Of a stretch of 64,000 nucleotides of DNA, positions 1 through 15,242 are shown one piece after another. Position 1 is the stretch's first letter, and every line of letters begins with the position of its first letter. The stretch comes from Proteromonas lacertae (lineage: Eukaryota). The position numbers were made by a program, and so were the translations under genes. The stretch spans positions 1 to 64,000 of the forward strand of contig NGBS01000014.1 of assembly GCA_002245135.1 (NCBI GenBank), given 5' to 3'. Below the pieces are notes generated by a model. That model was not told the DNA's origin. It saw nothing but the letters and a program-made list of their open reading frames with translations, and searched no databases.

Positions 1-3000
1 TCAATTCCTGGATTTAGATTGACTATTTCGCCATTTTCATCACTTATCACAAATGCTTGTTGTTTAGGTAATTCTTCTTCATTTTTGGCATTTCTTATTT
101 CTTCTAGATTGTTATACAAATATTGATCTATATCATAAATATCTTCGTATTTCATTTCATTCCATTAAAAACATTCCAAAAACATTTGGGAAACATAAAT
201 GGTAAAGAGCATTTGATAATATTGAATACCATTATTCTACCTACAAATTCATACATTTTCATATGTTCTATTTCTTTACAATTTGGATTTGGAATAAAAC
301 AATCAGTATCAATACCATATTTATGTTTATTATTACTTGTTGGAATAAACAAATCAAAATATTCACTGAATAAATCTTCAATCATTTCTTCTAAACATTC
401 TCTAAATGGTCCACCTGCATCTGAAGCATCTTCATTTCTGAAAAAACTTTAATATTCTATATCATCACATGTTGCAAACCATATTCTTTCTCCATATCCA
501 TATAATTGGTTGTATAATTGCTTAAAAACACAATTTGATGTTAATGAGTTTGTTATTCCTTGTTCTTTTTCATCATTTGCTTTAAATCTGTCAATTTCTA
601 CAGATTTTCGACTATTTCCTCTTCTTGAATTTCTGAATTCATTGTATAACTGATTTAGCATGCCTGTTTATATTCTTTTGACATAAATGTCTTACTTTCT
701 TTAATCAGATAGGCAAAACTTCCTTTTACATTTAATTGAGATAAATCAACATATTTCAATATTTCAATTATATTTTTTCCAACTATTTCAATGACTGAAA
801 CAATCAATTTAAATATATCCCATGCTGGAATATTATTTTCAGAGTTCTCACTCACATATTGATTATATACATCTAATAATTGTTCTGGTGTTTTAAATTC
901 TTCACTGAATCTTTCTTTTATCTTAAGAACATTCTTAATTATTTCTCTATTCTTCACACAATTATTCACTTTTTCAATCAAATCTTTATTCTCTTTTCCA
1001 ACTTTATTCAATACACTAAAATCATCTAATTTGCCACATGGATATATAACATCTTTATTCCATATTCATTGTGAGAATAAGATCGTGGAGGATTTACTTC
1101 TATTGTATATTTCTTATTATCATAAGGCCTAGAAATATATTGTTTGTCATATTTATTTGGAAAAGCATGGTACAATTTCACCAAATAATATCTTTATAGT
1201 TCCATTTCCAACATCTGTATTTTTACATATAATAACATTAAATCCATTGAAATAATTACATTCATATTCATATTTAAATGTTTCTGTTTCTATCATTGGA
1301 TGAGCTGATTCAAATCTTTTCGTATAACAATCTAATAAAATTACATATTCATTTAATTCTATTGGTATTTCTGACTTGTTGATTAATGATTGTAACAGTG
1401 AATATACAGAAGATATTTTCTCAATGGACATATTATTATCAAATAACAACTGATAATTTATAAAATTTGAATGTAATTTTGCTACACTATATAATTCTAA
1501 CAGAAATTTATCAGTGTTACTTTGTATATTATTGTTGGTTATATTACTGAATGATTGAATAGCTAAATTATTGATATCTTTTGATTGTTTAACTCCATTA
1601 AAAAATCTTTCATCTCTAAACAATGAAATTAATATGTTTATTATTCTATCTTTATTCTGAGATATAACAACATGTTTAACCAAAGTATTAAATAATTCTT
1701 GTTTTATTTCAACATTTAATGAATCAATTATGCTAGATTCATGTAATATGATGTCTAATAACCATAATGACCAATCTAAATTTGGATGTATTGTTAAATT
1801 CATTTCAGATGTTATTTCTGAATCTCCTAACCCAATAGCAATGAATCTATATCCCCATCTAGTATTACTACTTTCATATGTGAATTTGCAGTAAAGAGTG
1901 TTTGAATTAACAACAAATGATTGGAAGTTACTATTTTCATCAAATGATTTAATCACATTTTCACAGTTACTATCTAAACTAAAACTCAATCTTCCACTTC
2001 CAATATTATTCTTTTCATCAAATATAATCACCATTGATTTAAAATTCGATAGTGTAACATTTCCTATGTAGCTTGAATGTTTATATAGTGGATGTAATGA
2101 TTCTATTACTTTATAATCTTTGATTTCAGGCAGATTCAAATGCCATAACATTTCTGATATTGATAATGAAACAATTGATGATAAAGAATGATTTATACAT
2201 TCACATGGAGATATATCATTTTCTAATTCTAATTTATCATTTACAACATCATTCTTCAATCTATTTATATACATCTTTGTCATTATTTCGAATGAATTAT
2301 TGTTATTCTCATTCTCTATAATTCTTATTAATAATTTTGAATCTAAAGAATATCCACTACTTAATCTTTTATAGCATTGTAAAAATGAATATGGATCATT
2401 GATTGAATAAATAATTGGATTGATTTTCATTAGTTTCATTAAAATATCTCTATTCGTAGTTTTACATAATGTATTTGTTAGTGCATTTACATTATTCAAA
2501 GAATTATTTACATTACTTATTTTGTAACCATATTTCTCATCTATCGAATACACATTATCTTTCAACATATGATCATTTACACAAATAATTGTTGATTGGT
2601 TGTTTTTAAAAGTAATAAAATAAGTTGTATGATTTTGTTGATATAAAAATACAGCAAATTCTTTGTTTGAATCTATTTCATATGGATTGCTATTCAAAAA
2701 TACAATTTGACCAGCATTCAATACAGTTTTATTGTCATATTTTGATAAATGACAATATTTAGATACTTTTTTATCTTCATCATATGATATATTTGTTTTA
2801 TTTAATTCACTATAATCAATTTGTTGTTTTGACAGAATATCTTTTGGTAATTCACCAATAAATAATTCTTTTGGATAATCTTTATATCTCTCACTATTTT
2901 CCATTATCCAATGAGAAGCTTCATCAGGATTTTTATATAATTCAATCGCTTTTTTAGCTAGTTCAATTGTACAACCAACAGTTGCAGATATTCTTTCTTC

Positions 3001-6000
3001 AACACTAATATCCTTATTCTTTCCATCTCTTTCTGTCTTCATTTCATTCATTATTCCACTACTGTATATATCTTTAGCAAATGCTTCATTCCACTGGCAC
3101 ATTTCTAAACAACTTATAGCTTCATTTTTTGAAGCACCAGTCTTAATCATACTATCTATTAGTTTCATTTTATCTTCTGAATATTCTTGAGGAGTAACTT
3201 TTTCTTTAACAATATATGATTTAATAAATAAATGATTCATTGAATAAAACATATTAGAATTAAATGATAATAAATGAGATAATACAGATGATGATAATGA
3301 TAATGGTAAACTTGATACTGACACTGATATATTCTGTATTGATTTTATTATATTCTGTATTAAAACAGTTGGAATTAATTCATAATGATTGAATATTTCA
3401 TATTTCAGATAATTGAATAACAATAATGAAACTGTTTCTATTTGAACAGGAAGAGATTTATTCAGATTAATATCATTTATATCATAAACTACTTTTATCA
3501 AATCACATAATAATGATGAATATGGAGTTTCATTTAATGGAATTGATGGAACATCCATTGATATAATTGAATCATAGTCAATTTCATATATCATTTTTGA
3601 TGATTCTATTTCAACTTTCAATTTTGAAAAACAATCTTTCACTTCTACTACTCTACATTTTGATATAATTCCTTTTATATTTACTTCAATGATTGAATCT
3701 TTCGAGATTACTGGCTGAATTCCACCATGAATTGCTAATACACCTGTAGTTATATAAGTATCATAGTCTATTTTATAAGAATCAAGATCTTTCAATGAAT
3801 CACTCATTCTTTTCATATTATTATTTGTTAAATTGAATACTAATGCCAAAATTGATTTGTTCTTCATTATTTCTCTTAGAAATTGAAGTAGATATATCTT
3901 TTTCCATATCAAAGTATTTCCATTATAGTTACTAAATGAATTCACACAATTATCATGAGAGGGAAATATCATTCCTGATTTTGTATAAGGTAATTGACAT
4001 TCCTTACAAATGGATGTTTCAGTATCATTTTCACAATCACATAATAAACATTTCCATATAGATGAAGGTTTGATATTATCTGTATAATCATTTGTTTTCA
4101 ATGTCATATTATCATCATATAATATGATCTTTCCTAATTCTAATAATAATTTCATTATAAAATCGATAATCTTGCTTGTAATTGTAGAATTATTTGTAGA
4201 TATTTCAAATAGATTTGCATTTATACATTTCAATATTAATATCTGATTAGGAATTGTTGTATTTTGATATAAATCAATCAACAATAACAAATTATTTTGA
4301 TTTTTAATCCATTCTTTTAATATTGTTGAATCACTAATTCTGTATAATTGTGATAATATAAGAGATAATTTTCTATCCACAATTGATTCATCTTCATTAA
4401 ACAAATTCAAATCAACATTTATTCCATTTTCTTTATTTAGTGATTGAATAATAGAAATTAACATATTTCTTTCTTTTTCATATGACGATTGAATATAATT
4501 TCTGTAAAATTGATTGATATTATTCAATTTTGTATAAATAAAAGAGAATAAAGATAATAGAAGTGGTTTTGTTGATTGTAATGATGTTTCTGGTGATTCA
4601 AATACCATTGGCTGATATGCTGGAATATCTTCTTTTGAATTTCTTTTAAATAAAGTTTGAAATACATTTTCATATCTCTTTTCATATGATTGTTTCTTTA
4701 CTCCACCTTCTTTTACAATAGATGAAGTAATAAACAAAACAATATTATTACATAAATCATCAATTGAACAAGTTGCTAAAATATCATCATGAATACTTCT
4801 GTGAAAAGATGTTGTTGTTATACCACTATCAATATTTAATCTATGTAATTCATTACCATCTTCAATTTCCATTTCATAATTCTCTACTTTTTGATTGTTG
4901 TTTTCTTTCAATGCATGATAAACTAACAGTTTAATATTTTCTTCACTCATATATTTAACATATAAATGTAAATCTAAACCAGGTTCAATTCCATGTCTTT
5001 TCCAAAATGAATCACTTAGATTCATTGAAAATAATTCTAATAATAATTCTGATTTATTGAAATATCCATTTGATATTGCATCATAAACAGATTGATGATA
5101 ATGTTTTAAACATTCTTTATCTATTCATTATAAACAATAATGTATATAATACTTTTAATCTCATTTATATCTTTAAGATGATAAATCTTGTTGAATGTAA
5201 TGATATGATTGAATAAATCCATTATTTGTGATTCTTCTAATATCCAAGAATCACATTCTGTATAATCCAAATATAACTCTTTCACATATAACAAATCATT
5301 ATAATACTATGTGAAAATAGAATATTAAATGAAATATACTTGTTTATCAAAGCAAACAATCATTGAATTCTTGAATGAAATTAAAAATCTAAGAAATTCA
5401 TTTGATAATTCATAATATGATTTGGATTTACATCCATCAACATCTTTTGAATAATGATGATAGTAGTTGATTTCTTCTTCTATTGATAATTCTTTATTTT
5501 CATATTTTCCACATAAACTTGATAAAAATCCATTCAATATCAACGAATTTGAACCATCATTATTCAATAGCAAACTATACATTGTCAAACCAGATATTCT
5601 CAACTTTGTTCTTATATCTCTTCTTTCTAATAATTTTATCATCATTTCATTACTTATTGAATTACCATTACAAATATAAGATAAAGCAACTTTCATTTTT
5701 GATTCTACATCATTCTTTCTATCATCAGAATTATGTAATTCACATTGTTGTATTAAAATACATCTTTCTTCTAATCTTTTCAAATAATCAGCAAATGTAT
5801 TTGGTAATGAAAAATCAACATTTCTTCTTTCATTTTCATTTTCATTTTGATTCTCTCTTTCATTTGTTTCTTCTTCTTCTATTCTGTTATAAAACTGTTT
5901 CATTTCTCTCAAATGTTGTATTACTCTACATAACGATATTATTACAGGTTTTATATTTTCATAATCAAATTCACTTTCCTCATTTTCATTGAATATTATA

Positions 6001-9000
6001 AACATTTTAAATATATCTAATGACTTTTCATAAATATATGATAAACTACATAAACATTGGATTATTGGATTAAACATTTCTTCATTATTCATGATCAACT
6101 GTGGTGCATTTATTCCATTCAATCTTGTTATTGTTTTAACAATGAACTTCATTGATTTATCTATTGATTTGGATAATGAAGTGTATAATTGATTTGTCAA
6201 AGAATCACTTTTTGGCTTACTTATTGTTTGAATGAAATTATCATCACATATTCTCTTATCAATTGATAATTTTGATATATATTTGTTATTATCAAATGAT
6301 TCTAGCAAAAACTGTAATATTGGAGGATTGGAAATTGATGGTAATGATTCAAGGAAGAAAGACTGATCGGTGACTGTTAATCCTTTCATTTCTATTTTCT
6401 CTAATGGTTTTTTATGAATCAATTCATTGAATTCATCATAATCATATTTTGATATGAAGTTATTTATGAATAAAAATATCATATTTGAGTTTCTAATAAA
6501 GGTTATTGTAGATTCTGATGGATGATTATTCAATTCTGGAACTATTCACTTATAGTAATAAATAATATACAACTTATTCCATTGTTCCCTATTTCATGAG
6601 GAATTAATCCAATTAAATCATAATTCATATTAAATGGAGTTTGTATTTCATATTCTTTCATTAATCCATTACAGAATAATGGTGAATTTAACCACACTAA
6701 TAGATCTTGTTCTTCATATAAAACTGTAAGTGATTTTGTAAGTAGAGAAGCACAATAACCACAAACATATGAAATATAATCATATAAACATTCATTTTGG
6801 ATATTTCGATTATTATTCATTATTTCATAAATATCATTTCTTAAACCAATTAAATCGGATGAAATAGCTGATATAAATGGAAATATTATTTCATCTGATT
6901 GTGCTTTTACTAAAATAAGCATTATCAAGAATAAATTCATTGGTAATGTTTTGTATATAAATGAATATTCTTCATCAAAACACTTGGATGATTTTGCATT
7001 ATAAAAGTAATGTCTTACTCCTATAAGTAATGAATCAATCATTCTATTATCAAATAAAATAATAGTAATATATACTCAATTACAAAATGAAGTTTTTCAT
7101 AAATGATTTGTATTTGAGAATCATTACTTTTATCAATTGATTTAATATCTTTCATAAACTGAAATACTGTTGATTCTAAAATGAATTGCAGAATTGTTTC
7201 ACCTAAATAACTTTCATGATGAGATTTTGTTGAAGAAGAAAGTAATTTTAAAGTTTCGAAATAGGACATTTTGATTTTTGGATTGAAAACATCACTTTCA
7301 AGCTTAGACATTTCTTTAGGATTAGTTAATAATGGTTCAAACATTTCAGTAATTTGATGTGATAAATAATTATCATATTTACTTGCATTTATTAATATTT
7401 CAAGTTTTGAACCAGGAGGTGAATCTTTGAGTATGTTTATACAATAATTCTTCATAATTTCTGATAATTTTATTTTCTTCAACAAATTTCTTATCTTCTC
7501 ATTGTTTTCTTTCTCATTAATCCAATCATTGTATTTCTCAATTGTTGAATTGATTGTTATTAACAAATTTCCATATTCTTCTGAATAATTACAACCACTG
7601 TTTGATAAATCATATGAATAGAGATAATTCATTTCTTTATTCAATAAATCAAACAATAATACAATCATCTCTATATTATCAATTGTTGTTTTTGGATTTG
7701 ACATTAGTAGTTGAATATAGTTTAACAATACTGACAGATAATGAGGATGAAGATCTAAAACATGCCAATTACCCAATTCAAGTTTGTTAATTATTCTGAG
7801 ATATTCTAATGGATAATTAGAATAGTATATTTTTTCTTCTTCTTCATACAAAACCATCTTTGCATCATTAATTGAAAGTTTCATTTCTATAAATACATCA
7901 ATAAGCTTATATTTATTCTCTTCATTCATTTTGATTTTGTATAAATTCATTAGAAATAGAAGTAAATAATCTATAGCTCCAGTTTTCAATATCAAATCTA
8001 AGATTGTAGTAACAGTTTCATTATAGCAATCTATCTCATTTGTATTTAAAATATGGTTAAACAGTTTATCAAATATGTTTCTAATTGAAATATCATATCT
8101 ACTTGTGGATGTATCTTTTGATAAATATATATTTTCTATTGATATATTCTCACTCTTTCCATTGATTAATCTTACTTCCAACTCAAATAGGTTATTGAAT
8201 GGAATTCTATCTTTTTCAAATTCAACACATAGGTTTTTATCTTTTACATCTTTTTCATTCAATTCGTAATCTATTTCTATTGGTGAGATAACTTTTGGAT
8301 TTTTATAGTTGAAAATGAATTTAATTCTATATAATTATAACCAAAATAATATACTTCTTTGGTATTTTTTCATCTTTGAATGACATAATTGCATTCTTTA
8401 TTGGATCACAACAATTACACTGTCTTCGGTAATAGAAATGATATATTAAATCATCATCACTTGTCTCAACTATATTTATAGTAAATAGAACTAATTATAC
8501 ATGATGATTTACTAACATAGTAATACAATTCATTATAGAAACAAAAATTGTATAAAAATGATCTATAAATCATAAAATAAATATTTATACAATTTAAATT
8601 CCTTATTATATGCTTTCAATACGTTCTGAAGTGTAGTTAGAACAACTGAGTTGATGCTGGACATATTCTTGGCAATTTCATTGATAATCTGAAAATTATC
8701 ATTCTTTCTGATTGTTACAATCTCTTTTTTGTCACTATCAGTTTGTTTTGCCTATATAAAATATAAATATTAAGATACTTCTTTGACATAACAATCATTT
8801 CCATAAATTAGCATTGAAAGTAAAGCAATTACTCTTTTTTCTACATCTTTACTTATTTTAGATAATATATGATTAGTATCTCTATCTAACAAGCTTAAGT
8901 AGTTGTGCTTCAAGAAATCTTCCTCTTCTTTTTGTCTTTTTGTAAATTTGTTGTTAATTTCCTATATTATAATCAATAAATTATACATTTTGATATTTTA

Positions 9001-9118
9001 CATTGGTTTTATACAAGTAATCAAGATAATGCGAATCAATACTAGCAGCTGCATTAGTACTTTCAAACATTTCTCTTATTTTTGCAAATGTAGCATAATC
9101 TGGAATAGTGTTACTCAT
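1..9118 (-). CDS. Giant multi-exon HECT-type E3 ubiquitin ligase (RanBP2-type Zn finger, UBA-like pair, CUB-like domains, C-terminal HECT); 3' end runs off the window; several frameshifts in 1-1150
   Basis: Likely ATG at 9118 (MSNTIPDYATF). ORFs 7039-8262, 6542-7042, 5325-6533 and 1153-5025 join through short GT-AG introns. Motifs: WKCLLCDCENDTETSICKEC, VGCTIELAKKAIELYKNPDEASHWIMEN, ESLHPLY...WGYRFIA, and HECT-start EDASDAGGPFRE...LFIPTSN...CFIPNP...YEFVGRIM. Confidence 0.8.
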
Positions 9119-9836
9119 AATTTATCTATGTACAAATTAGCTGATTTATGTTTATATATAGAGATAAAGCGTATAGCAATAGATATATACATACAAATTG
9201 TAAATAACAGCAATGTAATGGTTTTTATAAGCTCAGTCGACTAGAAAATGCTTGTATGTAAAATGGAAAGAGTTTGAATTTCTTACTTAAACATTCCTAT
9301 TTAACTCATTGGCTCTTTTGTGACACATTACCGCCATTACGGAAGAACAGCCGGTAAGCATTGTTCAACTTATCTGAAAGGGATATTGATGTAAAGCTCC
9401 TTCCAATATTAAGTCTTTATAGGTTAATTACAACTTATATCATATACCTAATTTTTCTATAGACACTGTATTATTACAGATTCATCAACATATTACAGTG
9501 TTAAAAATACCATTATATTAATACAGCACAGTAATTACACATCATTACTCTATATAAAGCATAAATCGAATAAGTTATACACAAAACATCAATTTCAACA
9601 ATAGTGATATATACATCAATGAATATAGAATAAACATATAAATCTCAACACTTTTACTTTTTATTGTATAACTTTATTTTTACATCTATAAACTGTTTAA
9701 TGTAGTTATATTACACTGAAATTTCATTAAATTGAAAAGATTTTTAAAAAAATCAATCTGGGGATTTTTTGGATTAAAATCTATTTTGAATTATTCTCTC
9801 TAAAACACACACAAATACACAATAAAACAAAATTGT

Positions 9837-12403
9837 CTAATAAAAAGATCTGCCCTGTATATTTGCATAATATCTCAACAATTCATCACTTGTTTGCTTC
9901 TTTATTCTCTCAATAGCTAATTTATAATCAGTCATCTCCAATTTCACATTATTTATATCTTTCTCTAAACGTATTAAACAAGCTTCACGACAAACACTCT
10001 CTATCTCAGCTCCACTATAACCATCAGTCATTTCTCCCAGTTCATTATAATCTTCATCACTCAAACCTACATTTTTACTTTTCTTACTATATATTTTGAA
10101 TATCTCAATTCTAGTTTCAAGATCAGGCAATTTCACATATAACAATCGATCAAACCTACCTGGCCTTAGCAAAGCGTTATCAATCATATCAGGTCTATTA
10201 GTAGCACCAATTACAATAATTTCATTCTTACTATTAATACCATCCATTTCAATCAACAGTTGACTTAATATTCTGTTATTCACTCCACTTGTAGAATCAC
10301 TACTATTCGAACTTCTTTTTGTAGTCAATGAATCAATCTCATCAAAGAAGATAATACAAGGAGAAGCTACTCTTGCTTTTCTAAATATTTCTTTTATTGA
10401 TTTCTCACTTTCACCAACCCATTTACTTAATAACTCCGGTCCTTTGATGGAAATGAAATTCATCTTTGTTTCTGTAGCAATTGCTTTAGCCATCAATGTC
10501 TTGGAACATCCTGGAGGACCATATAATAAAACACCTTTAGGAATATCAATTTTCATTCTTTCAAATATTTCTCTTTTATTTATAGGCCATTCCACACATT
10601 CTTTTATTTGATTTTTTAGTTCTGTTTCTCCACCAATATCGTACCAATGCACTTCTGGGATTTCTACTTCAATTTCTCTTAAACTACTTGGATTTATGAC
10701 TTTAATACATTTCTTTACATCTTCATATTTTCTATTATATATATATATATATATATATAAACAATATCATATATATATATATACAATGAAAATGATTTTT
10801 CATTATCATGGCTATTATTATTATTATCACTATCTTCTACAGCATTATTATTAATATTATATTCTCTTTTTAAACAATTCAAACAACTTTCATTTATTAA
10901 CAAAGCAATATCAGCTCCAACAAATCCATTAATATTTTCATTTATATCACTTAATTCACTTTCACTTATTTCATTTGGTATATTATTTATCAATTTCTTT
11001 AATATTTCCATTCTGTTCTCTTTATTGGGAATTGGAATTTCGATTTCTTTATCAAATCTTCCTGGTCTTCTCAATGCATTATCTATAGAATTAACTCTAT
11101 TTGTTGCACCAATTATAAAGACTTTTCCAATTGAATTTATTCCATCCATTAGAGTTAATAACGTAGAAACAATTCTTCTTTCTATTTCACTTTCACTATT
11201 GCTTCGATCATTACAAATAGAATCAATTTCATCTATAAAGATTATTGAAGGACTATTCTTTACTGCTTCAACAAATATTGTTTTTAATTTATTCTCACTT
11301 TCACCAACATATTCACTGATAATTTCACTTCCATTGATTGGATATATATTGTAATTTAATTCGTTACAAATGTAACGGATAAGTAATGTTTTCCCAGTTC
11401 CAGGTGAACCATATAATAATAAACCTCTTGGACATTTCATACCTAAATTTAAGAACAATTCACTTTTGTTTAACGACAAATCAATTATCTTCTTTATTTC
11501 ATTTATTTCATTATTTAATCCACCAATTATTATATTTGAACTTTTATTGTCATTATTATTATTATTATTTCCATAGATTATTTCATTATTACCATTCATT
11601 ATTGTTATATTTAAAGATGTATCAATTGTTCCTGTTTCTATTCTTATATCAGTTTCTTTTTCACTTATATTTGTTTCATATAATAATTTTGGTTCTGTTG
11701 AAACTATTTCAAATGTTATAACTATCTATATATTTATATATATATTAATATTATATATTATATTATACTCCATTTATTGATATAAAATATTTACTATTTG
11801 TTATTATTATACTTTCACTGATTTTCGATTTTATTTCATTAATGTTGTAAGGGTTTAAAAAAATTGAATCTATTGATCCTATACACCTTAATTCTATGGA
11901 TTTGAGTTTAATTGAAGTACTACATTGAATTGGAATTAATCTAATTTGTGATTTCTTTTTGGCATTAATTAATTTTTGAATTGATTTCTTCATCAATACA
12001 GTATTTGAATCACATTTGGGATTTTGCCATACTTCACATACTTTATAAAAATATAAAATAAAAGTACAATACCTGTTCTATTCTTTGATTCTCCTTCCAA
12101 ATTCTCGATTAATACACAATTTGTACTTTCTAATCCGATTTTTATCATATTGTTGTAATTCATAGAGATTATAGGAATTACAGGAGATCTGTTTAAACTA
12201 TCATCTATTCCAATTTCACTTTCAACTGTACAATCAATATACTCCAATAATGTTTCTGGTTTTCGTTTTAATTCCTTCAAATCACTTTCGCTTTTCATAA
12301 TACCCTTCACTGTTATTGATTTCGTTACTCGCAAAGCTCCCATTACTCGATTCAACTCTTCTTCATCGCTTCTCTTCTTATTCTTCTTTTTCTTGGAAGA
12401 CAT
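9837..12403 (-). CDS. AFG2: Double-AAA ATPase, AFG2/SPATA5/Drg1 (CDC48-related), multi-exon
   Basis: Two AAA modules (GLLLYGSPGTGKT/IIFIDEIDS/RRPGRFD and GVLLYGPPGCSKT/IIFFDEIDS/LRPGRFD). The GCSKT Walker A in D2 and the basic N-terminus MSSKKKKNKKR are typical of SPATA5/AFG2. Confidence 0.85.
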
Positions 12404-12927
12404 TCAAAACTAAAATGAAAAATCAGAAAACCAAAAGCCGAATTTTCAGTAATCAATCATTGTTTGTTTTATAGAGGCTAATTACACTTTTTAATAAATA
12501 GAATAAACATAGATTGAGCTATAGTACAGTGTGCTATAACCCTACCATCATTTTACGAATTAAAATGAAAATCTTTAATTTGAGTTTAATTCTGCTATTG
12601 AATCTTCTGTATCTTCTCTATGTACGTTTCTTTTTCAGTAATTATATCTTTTAATATATACAATAATACATAAATTATAAGCAATTCAACTATTTCTTTA
12701 ATTATTCTAATATTGGATATTTTCTTCCTTAAATTATGATATATTATATTAATCTTGATTATCATAGTCATTCTCTTCAACAATTATTATTGATCATCGA
12801 TTATCGATTATCCCAACAAAGCAAAGTTACCATCATAAATTTTTATTTTTCCATTTTTAATTACCTTAACATCAATTTTTCACATCTTATTCATCTCAGC
12901 TGATGTATTTTTGTCGAAAAGTTCTAT

Positions 12928-15242
12928 TTTGAGCAGCTGCTCAAATTTTGAACAGGCTGTTTCTAATAGCGCCATGAATCTCATATTGAAATTTGTCTGA
13001 CTATTATAAATTATTTTAGCTTTTCTGAATTGTGTGTGGTATTTAGACATCATCAATGTTAATCATTAGAATAATTATAAGAATTTTGTATATAAATTTA
13101 TTGTACATAATAACTGTACATTGGACCTCCAGTTTTTATTCTAATTATTTTGTTATTTCAAGAGAAAAATGAAAAAATATAAATTTAGTCAAGCATTTGG
13201 CTTGATTTGAATTTGAAATTTATATATTTTGAGCATTTGTTATGTATAGCAACATATTTTTAATTTTAATTAAATAGATTTCAACTTTATCATAATTTTC
13301 AATTATATATATATCAAAAGTCCATATTCTTCGTATAATTATATATATTTTTAATTGGTTTAGATTTAAAGAATTATGAAAAGATTATAGATAGAATAGC
13401 ATACGACTAAATTTATTATGGAATGGATTGATTCAAAAATATGGAAGAATGCGTGATAAGCCAGATAGTAAGGAATATAAATCAAAAATGGTTAAGAAAG
13501 AGTCTTACTATATCACTTGAAGAAATAAAGAACATAGTTGCATTGAAAAATGAGAATATAATCTAAATTTAAGTGATATATTTAAATATGAAATGGATTA
13601 TACTCAAAGATATATTGAATGTAGTAATAATGGAATACAGGATGTGAAATGTAATGGTTGTAATAGGATTTATAGGAATATCTTCTTCAGAAATTGATTC
13701 TTTTTATTAATTGATAATTTACACAAATATTTAACATTTATACTTTAATTTGTGTATTTAATATGTGTATGTTACTTAATATTAAATTGGCCTATATCAA
13801 TGAATTTTAGGATTAAATATGCCAATTGTTGAACAAGATTCATTTACTTTCAACATTCAAAGATTGATAAAGATATAGATGACATGGTTAGCTTGTCGAA
13901 GAACTTGAATGTATTTAGAACTGAGTTAGGCAAATGACGTCCTTTTCGACTTTTGTCCCTTTCACACGCTCAAAATACCCAGTGTTTTCCTGTAGCTGTC
14001 CCTTTTGTCCATTTTGCTTTTTTATTATCTTTTTAGTTTTTCTGTAATAAATAGTAAAAATAATCAATCACTAAGCAATATATATCAATATAACACATTA
14101 TACTCCTGCCCTACTGAAAAATTAACAAATAAATATATTATTTGTCAATTTAACTATTTTTTTAATATATTGTAGTTGCATTTAATTGTTTTCACTCATT
14201 TTTTATCCCATTTTATATGCTATTCCCTAATCTGTTTCTCTGTTTGTTATGTATCAATCCCTGTATAGAAAAACTATGTTCTATTAAGCTTCTAGAGTTT
14301 GGGATTGTTTGTATTCTATGAAGCTGCTACGTCTTTTATATGACATGATAAAATAAAAAAGCTTGAAAAGAAATCAAGCTTGGATTTATTTCAAAGTTTA
14401 ATATTTCGTGTTATGATTAAGTATTGTTTCTTTTTATGTTCATATGTTTGTAATGTTGTAAATTCGTATGTATAAATCTAAAAATTAATTACTGTTTCTT
14501 TGAAATACTGTGAATTAATGAATATTAAAATTTAGCTAAATTTAATCAGTTTATTTTACTGTATATATTCAAATTAGTTATAAGTAGTTTATTAATTTAC
14601 ATTATATTCAGATTATGTCAATTTGTTTGATATTTCTATTATGAAGTGACGCTATTTATGTAAATGAACAATACATTTATAAGTATGTTATTTAGATAGA
14701 TTTAATGCATAAAATTTACATAATATTTTGATTAATAGAAATGAACATAGGTATATTTGTTCTTAAACAGGTTAATATGTCTTATAAACAATAGGATATA
14801 TAATATATGTAGTATTTATGATAAACAAATATTGAATAAAGGGACACAAAAGGAATACTGTCCTTCTTGAAAAAAACATGTTCGATTTCCTTACAGGCTA
14901 GACGAGAGAAGAAAGGACAGAAAGGAGGATATGGCTCCAGAAGGATGTCCTTTCTGCAACTCATATATCACTATATCAACATACATTATATCACATCACT
15001 CAATAATATAGAATTAATAATAACAATATAATAGAAATTATTGACAAAATTATTGAAAGTGTAATCTAGTATTTCAAGTATGAACTAGTACTTTTTTATG
15101 TTTAAAAATATTTAATCGTTTCATATTTTGTGGCATTATAATTTATAATCTATTTTCTATATCATACTTGAAAATAAATAATACATGAACATAATAACTA
15201 TTGATGCCAATGATTTTGTATCAGTTCCTACTAATGATAGTA
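12928..15242 (+). repeat. Left terminal inverted repeat arm (2315 bp)
   Basis: Reverse complement of 17396-19710; the coordinate sum 32638 holds at both ends and for mirrored ORFs 14782-14964 / 17674-17856. Confidence 0.95.
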
